This document shows positions 30,657 to 40,527 of a stretch of 64,000 nt of DNA, piece after piece; the stretch's first letter is position 1, and the number at the start of each line of letters is the position of its first letter. The position numbers were made by a program, and so were the translations under genes. The DNA comes from an uncultured Chloroflexia bacterium (GTDB lineage: Bacteria > Chloroflexota > Limnocylindria > QHBO01). The stretch lies in the NCBI GenBank assembly GCA_963771155.1, contig CAVYSK010000007.1:249404-313403 (forward strand), read 5' to 3'. Under the pieces are notes generated by a model, which saw only the letters and a program-made list of their open reading frames with translations, made no database searches and was not told the origin of the DNA.

Positions 30657-32057
30657 TCAGGCGTCGGCCGAGCAGCGCAGGATCGTCGCGGCCGTCCGAT
30701 CGATATCGGCCTCGGTGGTCGACCAGTTGCTGACGCTGACACGCATGGCATCCACGCCGTGCCAGGTGGTCCCACCCATCCACGCGACGCCGTCGGCCTG
30801 GACGCGGCTGATGACCGCGCGCGTGTGCGCGTCAACGTCGCCGCCGATGCGGGGATGGAACCGGACCAAGACCTGGTTCAGGACGACCTCGTTGAGGATC
30901 TCGACGCCGTCGCCGCCGCGCAGCCGATCGGCCAGCATCGCGGCCAGGTCGCAGCAGCGCTCGACCAGCGCCTGGACACCCGAGCGTCCCAGCGAGCGGA
31001 TCGCGGCGTACAGGGCGAAGCCGCGAGCTCGGCGCGAGCTGTCCAGCACGAACTCCCAGTTCTCGCGGTTCTCGCTGCGCATCAGGTACGCGGCGCTGGC
31101 TGCCATGGCTATGCGGTGCGCCTCGGGGTCGCGAACGGCCACGAAGCCGCAGTCGTACCCGACGTTCAGCCACTTGTGCGCGTCGGTCGACCAGGAGTCT
31201 GCCCGGTCCACGCCCTCGACGAGATGGCGCAACCGTGGCGATGTGGCAGCCCACAGGCCGAAGGCGCCGTCCACGTGCAGCCAGCCGTTCGGCCGCGTGG
31301 CGAGGGCATCGGCGATCGCGCCGACCGGGTCGAAGGCGCCCGTGTTCACGTTGCCCGCCTGCGCGGCCACGATGACAGGGCCTTCGGCGCGCAAAACGGC
31401 GGCGACCGCCTGCGGCGTGGACATCCGCCCCTGGTCGTCGGTCGGGACCCGGACCACGCGCTCGCGGCCGAGCCCGAGGTACTGGAGCGCGGTGAGCAGC
31501 GTGGCGTGCGCCTCGTCGCCGACGACCACGCTGATCGTCGGTGCGCCGTACAAGCCCTGCGCCTCGACGTCCCACCCGACCCGGGCGAGGACCGCGTGCC
31601 GCGCGGCGGCGAGTCCGACGGCGTTGCCGAGCCCAGCGCCGGTCGGCAGACCGACGCTCGCGCTTGGCGGGAGGCCCAGCAGATCCAGCATCCACCGCCC
31701 GGCGACCTCCTCCACCGCCGCGGCGGCGGGGGACAGCGCATGCAGCGCGGCATTCTGCCCCCACGCCGTCGTCAGCCAATCGGCAGCCGCCGATGCGGGC
31801 AGCGCCCCGCCCACCACGAAGCCGTAGTAGCGCGGACCGGCCGATCCGATCAGTCCGGGATCCACTGCCTCCGCGAGCTCCTCGATGACGGCCACCGGAT
31901 CGGCGCCATCCTCTGGGAGCGGTCCGCCGAGCCGGTCGCTCAGCGCGGCGGCATCCGCCCGCGCGCCGACGTGCCGCTCGGGGAGCCCCTCCACGAACTC
32001 GATGCCGAGCTCGGCTGCGCGTCGAAGCGCTCGGGTGCGGTCGTCCATCGTTGCCAT
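30657..32057 (-). CDS. pyridoxal-dependent decarboxylase (group II, aromatic-L-amino-acid/glutamate decarboxylase family)
   Basis: 466 aa with STDAHKWLNVGYDCGF (PLP-Lys region) and the family fold signature. Confidence 0.75.
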   Translation of the reverse strand: MATMDDRTRALRRAAELGIEFVEGLPERHVGARADAAALSDRLGGPLPEDGADPVAVIEELAEAVDPGLIGSAGPRYYGFVVGGALPASAAADWLTTAWGQNAALHALSPAAAAVEEVAGRWMLDLLGLPPSASVGLPTGAGLGNAVGLAAARHAVLARVGWDVEAQGLYGAPTISVVVGDEAHATLLTALQYLGLGRERVVRVPTDDQGRMSTPQAVAAVLRAEGPVIVAAQAGNVNTGAFDPVGAIADALATRPNGWLHVDGAFGLWAATSPRLRHLVEGVDRADSWSTDAHKWLNVGYDCGFVAVRDPEAHRIAMAASAAYLMRSENRENWEFVLDSSRRARGFALYAAIRSLGRSGVQALVERCCDLAAMLADRLRGGDGVEILNEVVLNQVLVRFHPRIGGDVDAHTRAVISRVQADGVAWMGGTTWHGVDAMRVSVSNWSTTEADIDRTAATILRCSADA

Positions 32058-32070
32058 CCTACCCGCCGTC

Positions 32071-32856
32071 CTACGTGCCGGCGATCAGGCCCCCGTCGAC
32101 CGCGATCAGCTGCCCCGTGACGTACGAGGCGCGCTCCGACGCGAGGAACGCGACGAGCGCCGCCAGCTCGGGAGGCTCGCCGTACCGGCCGGCCGGAATC
32201 GTCGCGAGGTGCCCATCCCGCACCGCGTCCTCGCTGGTGCCCTCGCGCTCGGCACGGCCGCTGTCGAGCTCGTGGATCCGTGGCGTCGCGATCCGGCCGG
32301 GCAGGACGCCGTTGACGGTCACCCCGTCCGCGGCGACCGCGCGCGCCGCGGTCTTCAGCCACGCTGCCAGCGCGGAGCGTCCGGCATTCGAGTACACGAG
32401 CTCGGGGATCGGTTGGCGCACGCCGCTCGACAGGATCGCCACGACCCGGCCCCATCCCCGCTCGCGCATCCCGGGCAGCAGGCGCGTCGCGAGGTCGATG
32501 GGCGTCGCCGCCAGGAGCTGGAACGCGCGGTCCCAGCCCTCGCGATCGGTCGCGGTCGGGTCGACGGTGGGCGGGCCGCCGGCGTTCGAGACCAGGATGT
32601 CGATCGGGCCGACCGCCAGCGCCGCCTCCGCGATATGAGCGGCAGCGTCCCGGTCGGTGGCATCCGCGGCCACTGTCGTGACCTCCACACCATGGGAGGT
32701 GCGCAGGGTGCTGGCCAGCTCGTCCAGCGCATCGGCGCGGCGCGACCACACGACCAGGTGGCAGCCCTCGGACGCGAGCGCCTCGGCCGATGCGCGTCCC
32801 AAGCCCGACGTGGCGCCCCCGACGACTGCGGTCCGACCGCGGAGCCCGAGCTCCAT
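32071..32856 (-). CDS. SDR family oxidoreductase
   Basis: MELGLRGRTAVVGGATSGLGRASAEAL (TGxxxGxG), NAG, YSNAGRSAL..K (catalytic YxxxK). Confidence 0.85.
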   Translation of the reverse strand: MELGLRGRTAVVGGATSGLGRASAEALASEGCHLVVWSRRADALDELASTLRTSHGVEVTTVAADATDRDAAAHIAEAALAVGPIDILVSNAGGPPTVDPTATDREGWDRAFQLLAATPIDLATRLLPGMRERGWGRVVAILSSGVRQPIPELVYSNAGRSALAAWLKTAARAVAADGVTVNGVLPGRIATPRIHELDSGRAEREGTSEDAVRDGHLATIPAGRYGEPPELAALVAFLASERASYVTGQLIAVDGGLIAGT

Positions 32857-33995
32857 CAGTCGTGCGCCAGCTCGAGCGGCCTCAGTTCGCCGAGCGACTC
32901 GGCCACCACGACCGCGTCGTCGCCGGCCTCGAGGCGGAAGTCGGCGGGCGGGTTCGTCATCGAGCGGCCGTCGCGGGTGACTGCCAGCAGCGTCGCGCGG
33001 TGCTCGGTGCGCAGCTTGGCCGAGAGGTCGTCGACGGAAAGCCCACAGTACTCGTCCGGCAGCCCCACGCGGTACAGCTCGGAGCCCTCGCCGCCGGACA
33101 CGATGTCGGTCACCAACTCGGAGAGGCCCGGATAAAGCGCAGAGCGCGCAAGCAGGTGGGAGGCGAGCTTCGAGGTGACCAGGATCTCGTCCGCGTTCGC
33201 GCGGCGGAAGTGGTCGACGTGCATCGGGTTGTTCGCCTCGACCACGGTCCGAACCTCCGGCGCGATCGACTCGATCGCCATCACCGACAGGATCGAGCGC
33301 ATATCGGCCTCGTTGCTGCGGTCGACTGGGAAGACGATCGCGGCGGCCGCGTCGCGGATCCCGCACCGCTCGAGATCGTCGGTGGACGTCACATCCCCGC
33401 GGACGAAGTACACGCCGTCCCCGGCCGGACTGCGATCGGCCGCGTGCAGCAGCACGACCTTGGTGCTGAACTCGTCGCCCTTCAGCTCCTCGATGAGATC
33501 GCGGGCGGTTTCGTTCCAGCCGCAGACGACGATGTGATCGCGGTAGCCCGCGGCGCCCATGCCCTGGCCCTCCTTGAGCAGGAAATCGATGAAGAATCCG
33601 ACGACCGCGCCGGTCATGGCGGCCACGATGGCGACGCCGAAGAAGGCGAGCAGCCACCCGACGACGAAGCCGCCCGGTGAGCCCACATAGCTTGCGTCAC
33701 CGGAGCCGATGACGGTGGTGATGGCCCAGTAGAAGCTACTGCCGAGCCCTGCGAAGGTGCGTTTCTCGTCCTCGAGCAGCGTGACTGCCACGGCGGCGAT
33801 GAGCACGAACGCGACGACGCCGGTCAGCAGCGTGGTGAAGAAGTGGCGATCCAGCTGGCCGCCGATACGCCGTGCATGAAAGCCGAGGCGCTGGAAGATC
33901 GGCGCAACGAAAAAGGCGGTCAACGGGTTCCGCACGGTGATCCTCGGACGGTGGCTCGGCGCGGCCGGCGCGCCCCTCGCGCCGGCGTGGCGCAT
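32856..33995 (-). CDS. potassium-channel-like protein (2TM pore plus TrkA-N and TrkA-C domains) with a non-canonical filter TTVIGSGD
   Basis: TM1 LLTGVVAFVLIAAVAVTLL, pore helix/filter FYWAITTVIGSGDASY, TM2, then VVCGWNETARDLIEEL (KTN) and a TrkA-C-like end. The start is uncertain, and the stop overlaps the SDR start. Confidence 0.65.
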   Translation of the reverse strand: MRHAGARGAPAAPSHRPRITVRNPLTAFFVAPIFQRLGFHARRIGGQLDRHFFTTLLTGVVAFVLIAAVAVTLLEDEKRTFAGLGSSFYWAITTVIGSGDASYVGSPGGFVVGWLLAFFGVAIVAAMTGAVVGFFIDFLLKEGQGMGAAGYRDHIVVCGWNETARDLIEELKGDEFSTKVVLLHAADRSPAGDGVYFVRGDVTSTDDLERCGIRDAAAAIVFPVDRSNEADMRSILSVMAIESIAPEVRTVVEANNPMHVDHFRRANADEILVTSKLASHLLARSALYPGLSELVTDIVSGGEGSELYRVGLPDEYCGLSVDDLSAKLRTEHRATLLAVTRDGRSMTNPPADFRLEAGDDAVVVAESLGELRPLELAHD

Positions 33996-34069
33996 TCTGC
34001 CAGCGCGCCGGGTCCGATGAAAGCGACATTCGGCCGATGTGCCCGGCATGGGGCTCCGTCGCGATGGCG

Positions 34070-34675
34070 TCAGGACAGCGGCGCGGACAGCTGCCCTTCG
34101 ACCAGCGGTTCGCCGACGATGCCGGCCAGGCGCTCGCCGATCGCCCACCAGTCGAACTCGGCGGTCACGTGGCTGGCGGGCACGCTGATGCATCGGTCCG
34201 GCGCCAGGTAGACGGGCAGGACACGGTCGAGGATGCCCTCGATCTCGTTGCGGAACGCATCGGACGTGGAGCGGACGCCATCGGCGAGGAGATCGACGTC
34301 GGGAAGGAGCCGCACCGACAGGTCGTACGAGGTCGCCCAGCGGCGGATGAGCGGCTCGACGCCGAACGGGTCCTCGCCGCCGGTGACGCGCAGGTAGTAC
34401 GCGAAGTTGTCGACGACCGAGCGGTCGGTGACGAGCACGTCGGCACGGCGTGCCAGCTCCAGCTCCTGCTGCACCTGCGCCATGAGCACCCAGAGCTGCG
34501 CCTCGGCCGTCGCTCCCTCGTTCAGGCCGAGCGGGTTGAAGCGCACGACCTCACGCCCGACCTCAACTGAACGCCCTGCCCGCCCGATGGTCGACGCGAA
34601 CGCGTGCACGGCGTTCGACTTGCGCACCGAGTGCGAGCCGATGAACGCGATCTTGGCGGGGCGGCTCCACGGCAT
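34070..34675 (-). CDS. P-loop ATPase/kinase-like protein (AAA_28-like)
   Basis: 201 aa, N-terminal IAFIGSHSVRKSNAVHAF, a Walker-A-like motif. Function unknown. Confidence 0.45.
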   Translation of the reverse strand: MPWSRPAKIAFIGSHSVRKSNAVHAFASTIGRAGRSVEVGREVVRFNPLGLNEGATAEAQLWVLMAQVQQELELARRADVLVTDRSVVDNFAYYLRVTGGEDPFGVEPLIRRWATSYDLSVRLLPDVDLLADGVRSTSDAFRNEIEGILDRVLPVYLAPDRCISVPASHVTAEFDWWAIGERLAGIVGEPLVEGQLSAPLS

Positions 34676-34684
34676 GCGACGAGC

Positions 34685-35872
34685 CTACAGGCAGGCGCCG
34701 GTGTCGACGGCCGTCGTGGAGCCGAGAAATGGACCGAGGCGCTCCGCAGCCTCGTTGGCTCCGATGGCGTAGCCGACCTCCGGGTTGATGCGCGAGGCGC
34801 CGAAGATCACGCCGCCGACCAGCCCCGGCTCGACGACCAGCGGTCCGCCACTGTTCCCGCGACGAACCTCGGCGCGCAGCTCGACCACGGTGCGATCGGA
34901 GATGCCCTCGCCGTAGATGTTCGGGCCGGCGATCTCGTGCGACGCGGTCACGCCGGCCGCCGTGATCGTCAGGTCGCCGCCGCCGGGATAGCCCAGGGCC
35001 ACGGCGGTCGTTCCCCGCCCGGGCGCGCTCGACGCCAGCGTGAGGGCCGGAGCCTGCGCGCCCGGAACGTGGAGCAGGGCGAGGTCCGCTTCCGCGTCGA
35101 GGGCCACGACCACCGCGTCGAGCACCTGCCCGCCAATCGTCACGGTGGTCGCCTCGCTGCCGGCGATCACATGGGCGTTCGTCACCGCGTGTGACGGCGA
35201 CACGAAGAACCCGCTGCCGACCGCGAGGCCGGCCCCGCATCCGCTGGCCGCGATTCGCGCCGTGCTCGCCAGCGCGGACTCGGCGAGCGCGCGTGCCTCG
35301 GCATCGGCCGGCAGCTCGACCGGCTCCGCCGGCAACGGCTCGAGCCCACCGAAGAGCGGCGGCAGATCCGTGGTGTCGAGCAGCGCCAGCAGGCGGCCCG
35401 CGACGGTCAACGGCGGAGGCAGGCGTTCCGTCGTCACCCGGACGGCGACCGAGTCGTGGGCCAGCGCGCCCAGCGACGGCGCCATGCCCATGGCCAACAT
35501 GCCGCCCAGCAGCCATACAAGCAGGACGATGTGCGCAGCGCCGACCACCGCCCCGCCCATGGCATCGATCGGCCGAAGCGGGCTGCCCCGCAGGCCATGG
35601 CTCATCTGCGCCCCGATCGCCGCCCCGAGCGCCTCGCCGGTCAGCACGAACGCACCCAGGCTCAAGACGGTGACCAGCGCCCGCATCGGCTGCTCGATCT
35701 CCGCCAGCGGCTCACGCAGGATGGAGGCGAGGAAGAGCGCGAACGCGAACCCCACCACCGCGCCGATGAGCCCGAGTACCGGCCCCAGGAACCCGGCGCG
35801 TGCGCCGGCCACCGCGGCGAGCAGCAAGAGGAGGATGACGACGACGTCGAGGAGGTTCATTGGGAGCCGCAA
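34685..35872 (-). CDS. MarP family serine protease (CvpA-like membrane domain plus trypsin-like domain)
   Basis: N-terminal 4 TM segments, then GSGFFVSPSHAVTNAHVIAG...GNSGGPLV (His/Ser catalytic motifs). Confidence 0.8.
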   Translation of the reverse strand: MRLPMNLLDVVVILLLLLAAVAGARAGFLGPVLGLIGAVVGFAFALFLASILREPLAEIEQPMRALVTVLSLGAFVLTGEALGAAIGAQMSHGLRGSPLRPIDAMGGAVVGAAHIVLLVWLLGGMLAMGMAPSLGALAHDSVAVRVTTERLPPPLTVAGRLLALLDTTDLPPLFGGLEPLPAEPVELPADAEARALAESALASTARIAASGCGAGLAVGSGFFVSPSHAVTNAHVIAGSEATTVTIGGQVLDAVVVALDAEADLALLHVPGAQAPALTLASSAPGRGTTAVALGYPGGGDLTITAAGVTASHEIAGPNIYGEGISDRTVVELRAEVRRGNSGGPLVVEPGLVGGVIFGASRINPEVGYAIGANEAAERLGPFLGSTTAVDTGACL

Positions 35873-36007
35873 AGCCTAGCGGCCGGCGGCGCGACGCGTC
35901 GATCGGCGGCCCCGGCGGGGGTGTCGCAGGGGTGTACTGTATCGGCCTTCCGAAGCAGAACCGATGCCGCCCTCCGGGCGCACCCGAGGACCGAGCAGGA
36001 GGAACCG

Positions 36008-36856
36008 ATGGCGCGAATCGTCCGCGCGGCGCTGCTCCAGGCGGAGTGGACCGGCGACAAGGAATCGATGATCGAGAAGCACGAGAAGTACGCGCGTGAG
36101 GCGGCGGCCCAGGGCGCGAAGGTCATGTGCTTCCAGGAGCTCTTCTACGGCCCCTACTTCTGCCAGGTCCAGGACCCGCAGTACTTCAGCTACACCGAGC
36201 ACATCCCGAACGGCCCGACCACGAAGCGGATGCAAGAGCTGGCCAAGGAAACCGGGATGGTCCTCATCGTGCCGATGTACGAGGAGGACGAGCAGACGAC
36301 CGGCATCTACTACAACACCGCGGCGGTCATCGACGCCGATGGCACGTACCTCGGCAAGTACCGCAAAACGCACATCCCGCACGTCAAGGGATTCTGGGAG
36401 AAGTACTACTTCCGCCCTGGCAACACCGGATACCCGGTATTCGACACCGCCGTTGGCAAGGTCGGCGTCTACATCTGCTACGACCGTCACTTTCCCGAGG
36501 GCGCGCGGGCTCTTGGCCTCAACGGCGCCGAGATGGTCTTCATCCCTTCGGCCACGTCACGGGGTCTCTCCGAGTACCTGTGGCGCGTCGAGCAGGTGTC
36601 CCACGCGTTGGCCAATGGCTACTACGTGGGGACCATCAATCGCGTCGGGATCGAGCCGCTGGGCGACGACGACTTCTACGGCCAGTCGTACTTCGTGGAT
36701 CCGCGCGGCCAGTTCATCGGCGAGGTGGGGGACCCGCACGACGAGGAGCTGATCGTCCGCGACCTGGACCTCGACACGATCGAGGAGGTCCGCCAGACGT
36801 GGCAGTTCTTCCGTGATCGCCGTCCGGATGCCTACGAAGACCTCGTCCGCCCGTAG
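36008..36856 (+). CDS. beta-ureidopropionase / N-carbamoyl-amino-acid amidohydrolase (nitrilase superfamily)
   Basis: MARIVRAALLQAEW..., a catalytic E region, and GVYICYDRHFPE (the Cys of the E-K-C triad). Confidence 0.85.
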   Translation: MARIVRAALLQAEWTGDKESMIEKHEKYAREAAAQGAKVMCFQELFYGPYFCQVQDPQYFSYTEHIPNGPTTKRMQELAKETGMVLIVPMYEEDEQTTGIYYNTAAVIDADGTYLGKYRKTHIPHVKGFWEKYYFRPGNTGYPVFDTAVGKVGVYICYDRHFPEGARALGLNGAEMVFIPSATSRGLSEYLWRVEQVSHALANGYYVGTINRVGIEPLGDDDFYGQSYFVDPRGQFIGEVGDPHDEELIVRDLDLDTIEEVRQTWQFFRDRRPDAYEDLVRP

Positions 36857-36861
36857 CACCG

Positions 36862-37872
36862 ATGAAGTTCGGGATTACTCTTCGGCCGGATCAGCGCCTC
36901 CCAGCGGCACGAGCCGTCGACCTGGCCAAGCGGGCCGAGGCGAACGGGTTCGGCTACGGCTGGATGTTCGACTCTCATGTGCTGTGGCAGGACCCCTATC
37001 CGCTTCTGACGCTCATGGGCGCCGGCACGAGCGAGATGCGCCTGGGCACGTGCGTCACGAATCCAGCCACCCGCGACATCACGGTGACAGCGAGCACCCT
37101 GGCGACCCTGAACGAGATCACCGGCGGGCGCATGGACCTCGGCATCGGCCGCGGAGACTCCGCGCGGCGCGTGATGGGTAAGAAGCCGACGACGGTGGCG
37201 TACATGGAGGAATGCTGCCGAATCGTTCGGTCGCTGACGGGCGGCGAGAAGATCGAGCTCGACGGCACCGAGATCCAGATGCCGTGGGCCAGCCACGGGC
37301 CGGTGCCAATCTGGGTGGCCGGCTACGGACCGATGGCGCTGGCGGCCGCCGGACGCGTGGCGGACGGGATCATCCTGCAGCTCGCGGATCCCGACATCAT
37401 CCGCTGGTGCATGGGTTTCGTCCGCGCCGCAGCCGAGGAGATAGGCCGCGACCCCGATGCGATCGAGGTGATGGCCGCAGCGCCCGCATACGTCAGCGAC
37501 GACGCCGGCGCCGCCCGCGACAAGGTCCGGTGGTTCCCGGCCCTCGTCAGCAACCACGTCGTCGACCTCATCAACAAGTACCCGAAGGACGACCTGCCCG
37601 AGTCGCTGTGGAAGTACGTCGAGAATCGCGAGGGCTACAACTACCTGCACCATGCCGAGGTCGGCAGCGACAACGCGGCCTTCGTCTCCGATCAGATCAT
37701 CGACGAGTTTGCGATCGTCGGCCCGGTCTCCTCCCATCGCGAGCGGCTGGAGCGGCTGCGGGAGGCCGGCGTCACGCAGTTCAACATCTACCTGATGAAC
37801 GGCGAGGAAGAGGACTGCCTCGACGCATACGGGGCGGACATCGTCGGCGAGTTTGCGGCCGCCAGCACCTGA
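36862..37872 (+). CDS. LLM class F420-dependent oxidoreductase
   Basis: MKFGITLRPDQ...GFGYGWMFDSH..LGIGRGD. It begins 5 nt after the preceding gene. Confidence 0.75.
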   Translation: MKFGITLRPDQRLPAARAVDLAKRAEANGFGYGWMFDSHVLWQDPYPLLTLMGAGTSEMRLGTCVTNPATRDITVTASTLATLNEITGGRMDLGIGRGDSARRVMGKKPTTVAYMEECCRIVRSLTGGEKIELDGTEIQMPWASHGPVPIWVAGYGPMALAAAGRVADGIILQLADPDIIRWCMGFVRAAAEEIGRDPDAIEVMAAAPAYVSDDAGAARDKVRWFPALVSNHVVDLINKYPKDDLPESLWKYVENREGYNYLHHAEVGSDNAAFVSDQIIDEFAIVGPVSSHRERLERLREAGVTQFNIYLMNGEEEDCLDAYGADIVGEFAAAST

Positions 37873-38668
37873 CCACGGCGCGGGGACCGACCCCGCGCTG
37901 GCGGCGATCGTCGAACGCGACTTCGTCGCGGCCTGGTGGCTCCTGGCCGATGCGACCGACACCGAGCGCCACGACGATGGCGCGCTCCGGTGGTTTCACA
38001 CCGGCCTGGGCGACTACTACCTCAACTCGGTGCTGACCACGCGTCTCCGGGACGATGAGGCCGATGCGGTCATCGACGAACGGCTCGCCGACCTCCGCTC
38101 GCGCCGCGTCCCGTTCGCGTGGTGGGTGATACCGAGCGCATCGCCCGTCGATCTCGCCAAGCGGCTTGTGGCGCGCGGCCTGGCGGGCGACGCCGCATGG
38201 CCGGCGATGGCGGTCGCCGCCGACGCGATCGTCGCGCCGCCGCCCGTCGACGGGCTCGAGATCCGCCGTATCACCTCCCGCCAGGACTTCGACGACTACA
38301 TCGGCGTCTTCGCGCCGATCCTCAGCCCGTCGCAGGCGTTCACCGAGTTCCTGGTGCGTTCCACCGAGCGCATCGGATTCGGTGAGGATGCCCCCGAGGA
38401 GCACTTCCTCGGCCTGCTGCATGGCGAGCCGGTCGCCACCGCGAGCCTGGTCACCGCCGGCGGGGCGGCCGGGATCTACAACGTCACGACCGTCGAGGCC
38501 GCGCGTGGCCGAGGGATCGGCGCGGCGATCACGGTCGCGGCTGTTCGGCACGGTGCGGCTCGCGGGTTCACGACGGCGACGCTCCAGGCCTCGACCATGG
38601 GCAGGCCGGTCTACGAGCGCCTGGGCTTCGACTTCGTCTGCGACTTCGTCCCGTATCGGCTCGGCTGA
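37853..38668 (+). CDS. GNAT family N-acetyltransferase
   Basis: C-terminal ARGRGIGAAITVAAVRHGAARGF (acetyl-CoA binding motif). The true start is probably downstream of the track start. Confidence 0.6.
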   Translation: MRPPAPDHGAGTDPALAAIVERDFVAAWWLLADATDTERHDDGALRWFHTGLGDYYLNSVLTTRLRDDEADAVIDERLADLRSRRVPFAWWVIPSASPVDLAKRLVARGLAGDAAWPAMAVAADAIVAPPPVDGLEIRRITSRQDFDDYIGVFAPILSPSQAFTEFLVRSTERIGFGEDAPEEHFLGLLHGEPVATASLVTAGGAAGIYNVTTVEAARGRGIGAAITVAAVRHGAARGFTTATLQASTMGRPVYERLGFDFVCDFVPYRLG

Positions 38669-38672
38669 TGCC

Positions 38673-39296
38673 TCAGCCCTCGCGCCGCCGGTCCCGGAGC
38701 GCGGTCCCCGCCGCGGCCACGACCCAGATGACCCCCAAGAAGACCACCAGGATCGCCACGACGTAGAGCGCGACCGTTCCGTACCCGCCGTTGGCGGGAT
38801 CGAGGAACGGATACGGATACCGGCCGTCGATGGCACCGCGGATCAGCGTGAAGGCGGTCCAGACGAGCGGGAAGCCGAGCCATGCCAGCGCGCGCCGGAA
38901 CGGAATCGGCCTGTGGGGCGGCTCGATCAGCCAGTCGGCCATCACGGCGATCGGCATGACCCGGTGCAGCACCGAGTCGACCCAGCCGACATGTGTCTGG
39001 AGCTCCTCCTGGAGGTCGCGCAGGAGCACGGCGAACACGATGTAGGTGACGGCCATGTACACCACGGTGGCCCCGCGCCACATGTCGGAGACCGGGGCAT
39101 CCGTGGCAAGCTGGCGCCGTCCGCCCTCGAAGAAGATCGTCGCGGCGAGCAGGTTCGACAGGATCGTGAAGAACGTGAAGAAGTTGAGGGGGTCGAACGC
39201 GCCCTCATCGACCAGGACGAGGATCATGTAGCCGATCGCCGCCAGGTCGAGCACCGCGAAGCCGATTCGCACCCAGGCGAGCCATCGATCGTTCAC
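38673..39296 (-). CDS. Pr6Pr (FAR-17a/AIG1-like) family membrane protein
   Basis: 207 aa, six TM segments (FFTFFTILSNLLAATIFFEGG...). Confidence 0.65.
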   Translation of the reverse strand: MNDRWLAWVRIGFAVLDLAAIGYMILVLVDEGAFDPLNFFTFFTILSNLLAATIFFEGGRRQLATDAPVSDMWRGATVVYMAVTYIVFAVLLRDLQEELQTHVGWVDSVLHRVMPIAVMADWLIEPPHRPIPFRRALAWLGFPLVWTAFTLIRGAIDGRYPYPFLDPANGGYGTVALYVVAILVVFLGVIWVVAAAGTALRDRRREG

Positions 39297-39484
39297 GCAT
39301 CGGAATCTAGCAGGAGCTCAGCGCCGGGCTCGCCGCTCGTTGCACCCCGTGACTGAGGATCGGTGGAAGCTCGCTCAGTCGGTCCAGGTCGCACCGGGTG
39401 GCTCGTTCCGATCGTGGCAGGCGACTCGTTCCAGGTTGGTCGCACCAGGTGCAACCCCGCAGGCATCAGGCGTAGGGTGACGAG

Positions 39485-39925
39485 ATGAAGATCAGCTTCG
39501 TCGCGGGCTTCGGCCCGATCATCCGCGACCCTGATGCGGCCCATGCGTTCTGGCGCGACGGACTCGGCATCGCCTTCGAGGAGCCGGCGCCTGGCTACTT
39601 CACCAACGACTCCCTGGAGGGTGTGAAGGCATTTGCGATGTGGCCGCTGGCCCAGGCCGCGGAGTCGACATTCGGCACGCCGGACTGGCCCGCCGACCTG
39701 CCGGTGCCACAGGCATGGCTCGAGCTGGACCTTGCATCGGCCGATGCGGTCGCCGCGGCCGTCGAGGAGCTGTGCGCCGGTGGCCATCGCCTGCTGCGCG
39801 ACGCGCACGAGGAGCCGTGGGGCCAGACGACCGCCCGGATGCTCAGCCCGGAGGGCCTGCTCGTGGGCCTGACGTTCACTCCATGGATGCACCCGCACGA
39901 CGAGGGCCCGATCACCGAGTCGTGA
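39485..39925 (+). CDS. VOC (glyoxalase/bleomycin-resistance) family protein
   Basis: 146 aa with a VOC-like beta-alpha-beta-beta-beta pattern (MKISFVAGFGPIIRDPDAAHAFWRDGLGIAFEE). Confidence 0.55.
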   Translation: MKISFVAGFGPIIRDPDAAHAFWRDGLGIAFEEPAPGYFTNDSLEGVKAFAMWPLAQAAESTFGTPDWPADLPVPQAWLELDLASADAVAAAVEELCAGGHRLLRDAHEEPWGQTTARMLSPEGLLVGLTFTPWMHPHDEGPITES

Positions 39926-39957
39926 GCGGTCGCGCCCATGAGCGGACCGGGGATCCG

Positions 39958-40527
39958 TCAGCCGTTGGCCGAGGCGGCCTCGCGCATTGCGGCCTTGTGG
40001 GCGCGCTTCTTGGCCTGGTAGTCGGCGAGCGCCTCGGCCGAGTCGACATCGCCGAGCGTCGGCCAGCCCGGCAGCACCTCCTCGATGCCCGGCGGACGCA
40101 CGCCGAGTTGCTTCACGATGACCGCGATCGTGCCGTTGACCTTCATCTCGCCGAACCCGGGCAGCGCGCCGATTCGCCGCTGAAGGTCCCGGCCATCGGA
40201 CGCATCGGTCCAGACGCGCGCGGCATCGCCGTCATAGGTATCGGCGATGTACCGGGCAAGCTCGTGGACTCGCCGACCCATGGCAGCCGGGAAGCGGTGG
40301 ACCGCCGGAGGGCCCTTCGCGGCAGCCTCGACGTGGGCGACATCCATCGCAGCGATCTCGCGGGCGTCGAGCGTGCCGAGCCGCTCGCGGAGCACCTTCG
40401 GCGCAGAGAACGCCCACTGCACCGGCACCTGCTGGTCAAGAGCGAAGCCGATGAGCAGCGCCATCGGCTCCTCGACGAGCAGCCGGTCAGCCTCGTCGTC
40501 ACCGGTGAAATGAAGGCGGTCGGTCAT
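39958..40527 (-). CDS. HhH-GPD superfamily base-excision-repair-like protein
   Basis: MTDRLHFTGDDEADRLLVEEPMALLIGFALDQQVPVQWAF... GPD-like LPGFGEMKVNG. Confidence 0.6.
   Translation of the reverse strand: MTDRLHFTGDDEADRLLVEEPMALLIGFALDQQVPVQWAFSAPKVLRERLGTLDAREIAAMDVAHVEAAAKGPPAVHRFPAAMGRRVHELARYIADTYDGDAARVWTDASDGRDLQRRIGALPGFGEMKVNGTIAVIVKQLGVRPPGIEEVLPGWPTLGDVDSAEALADYQAKKRAHKAAMREAASANG

Noticed and set aside
35925-35945. GTGTACTGTATCGG upstream of the ureidopropionase gene and GGTATACC upstream of the NCS1 gene (25528-25536), as possible relatives of the 17-bp GTATATAC motif or a LexA-like CTGT box.
   Set aside because: Similarity is limited to a TATAC core of 5-6 nt. It is too weak to call without genome-wide statistics.
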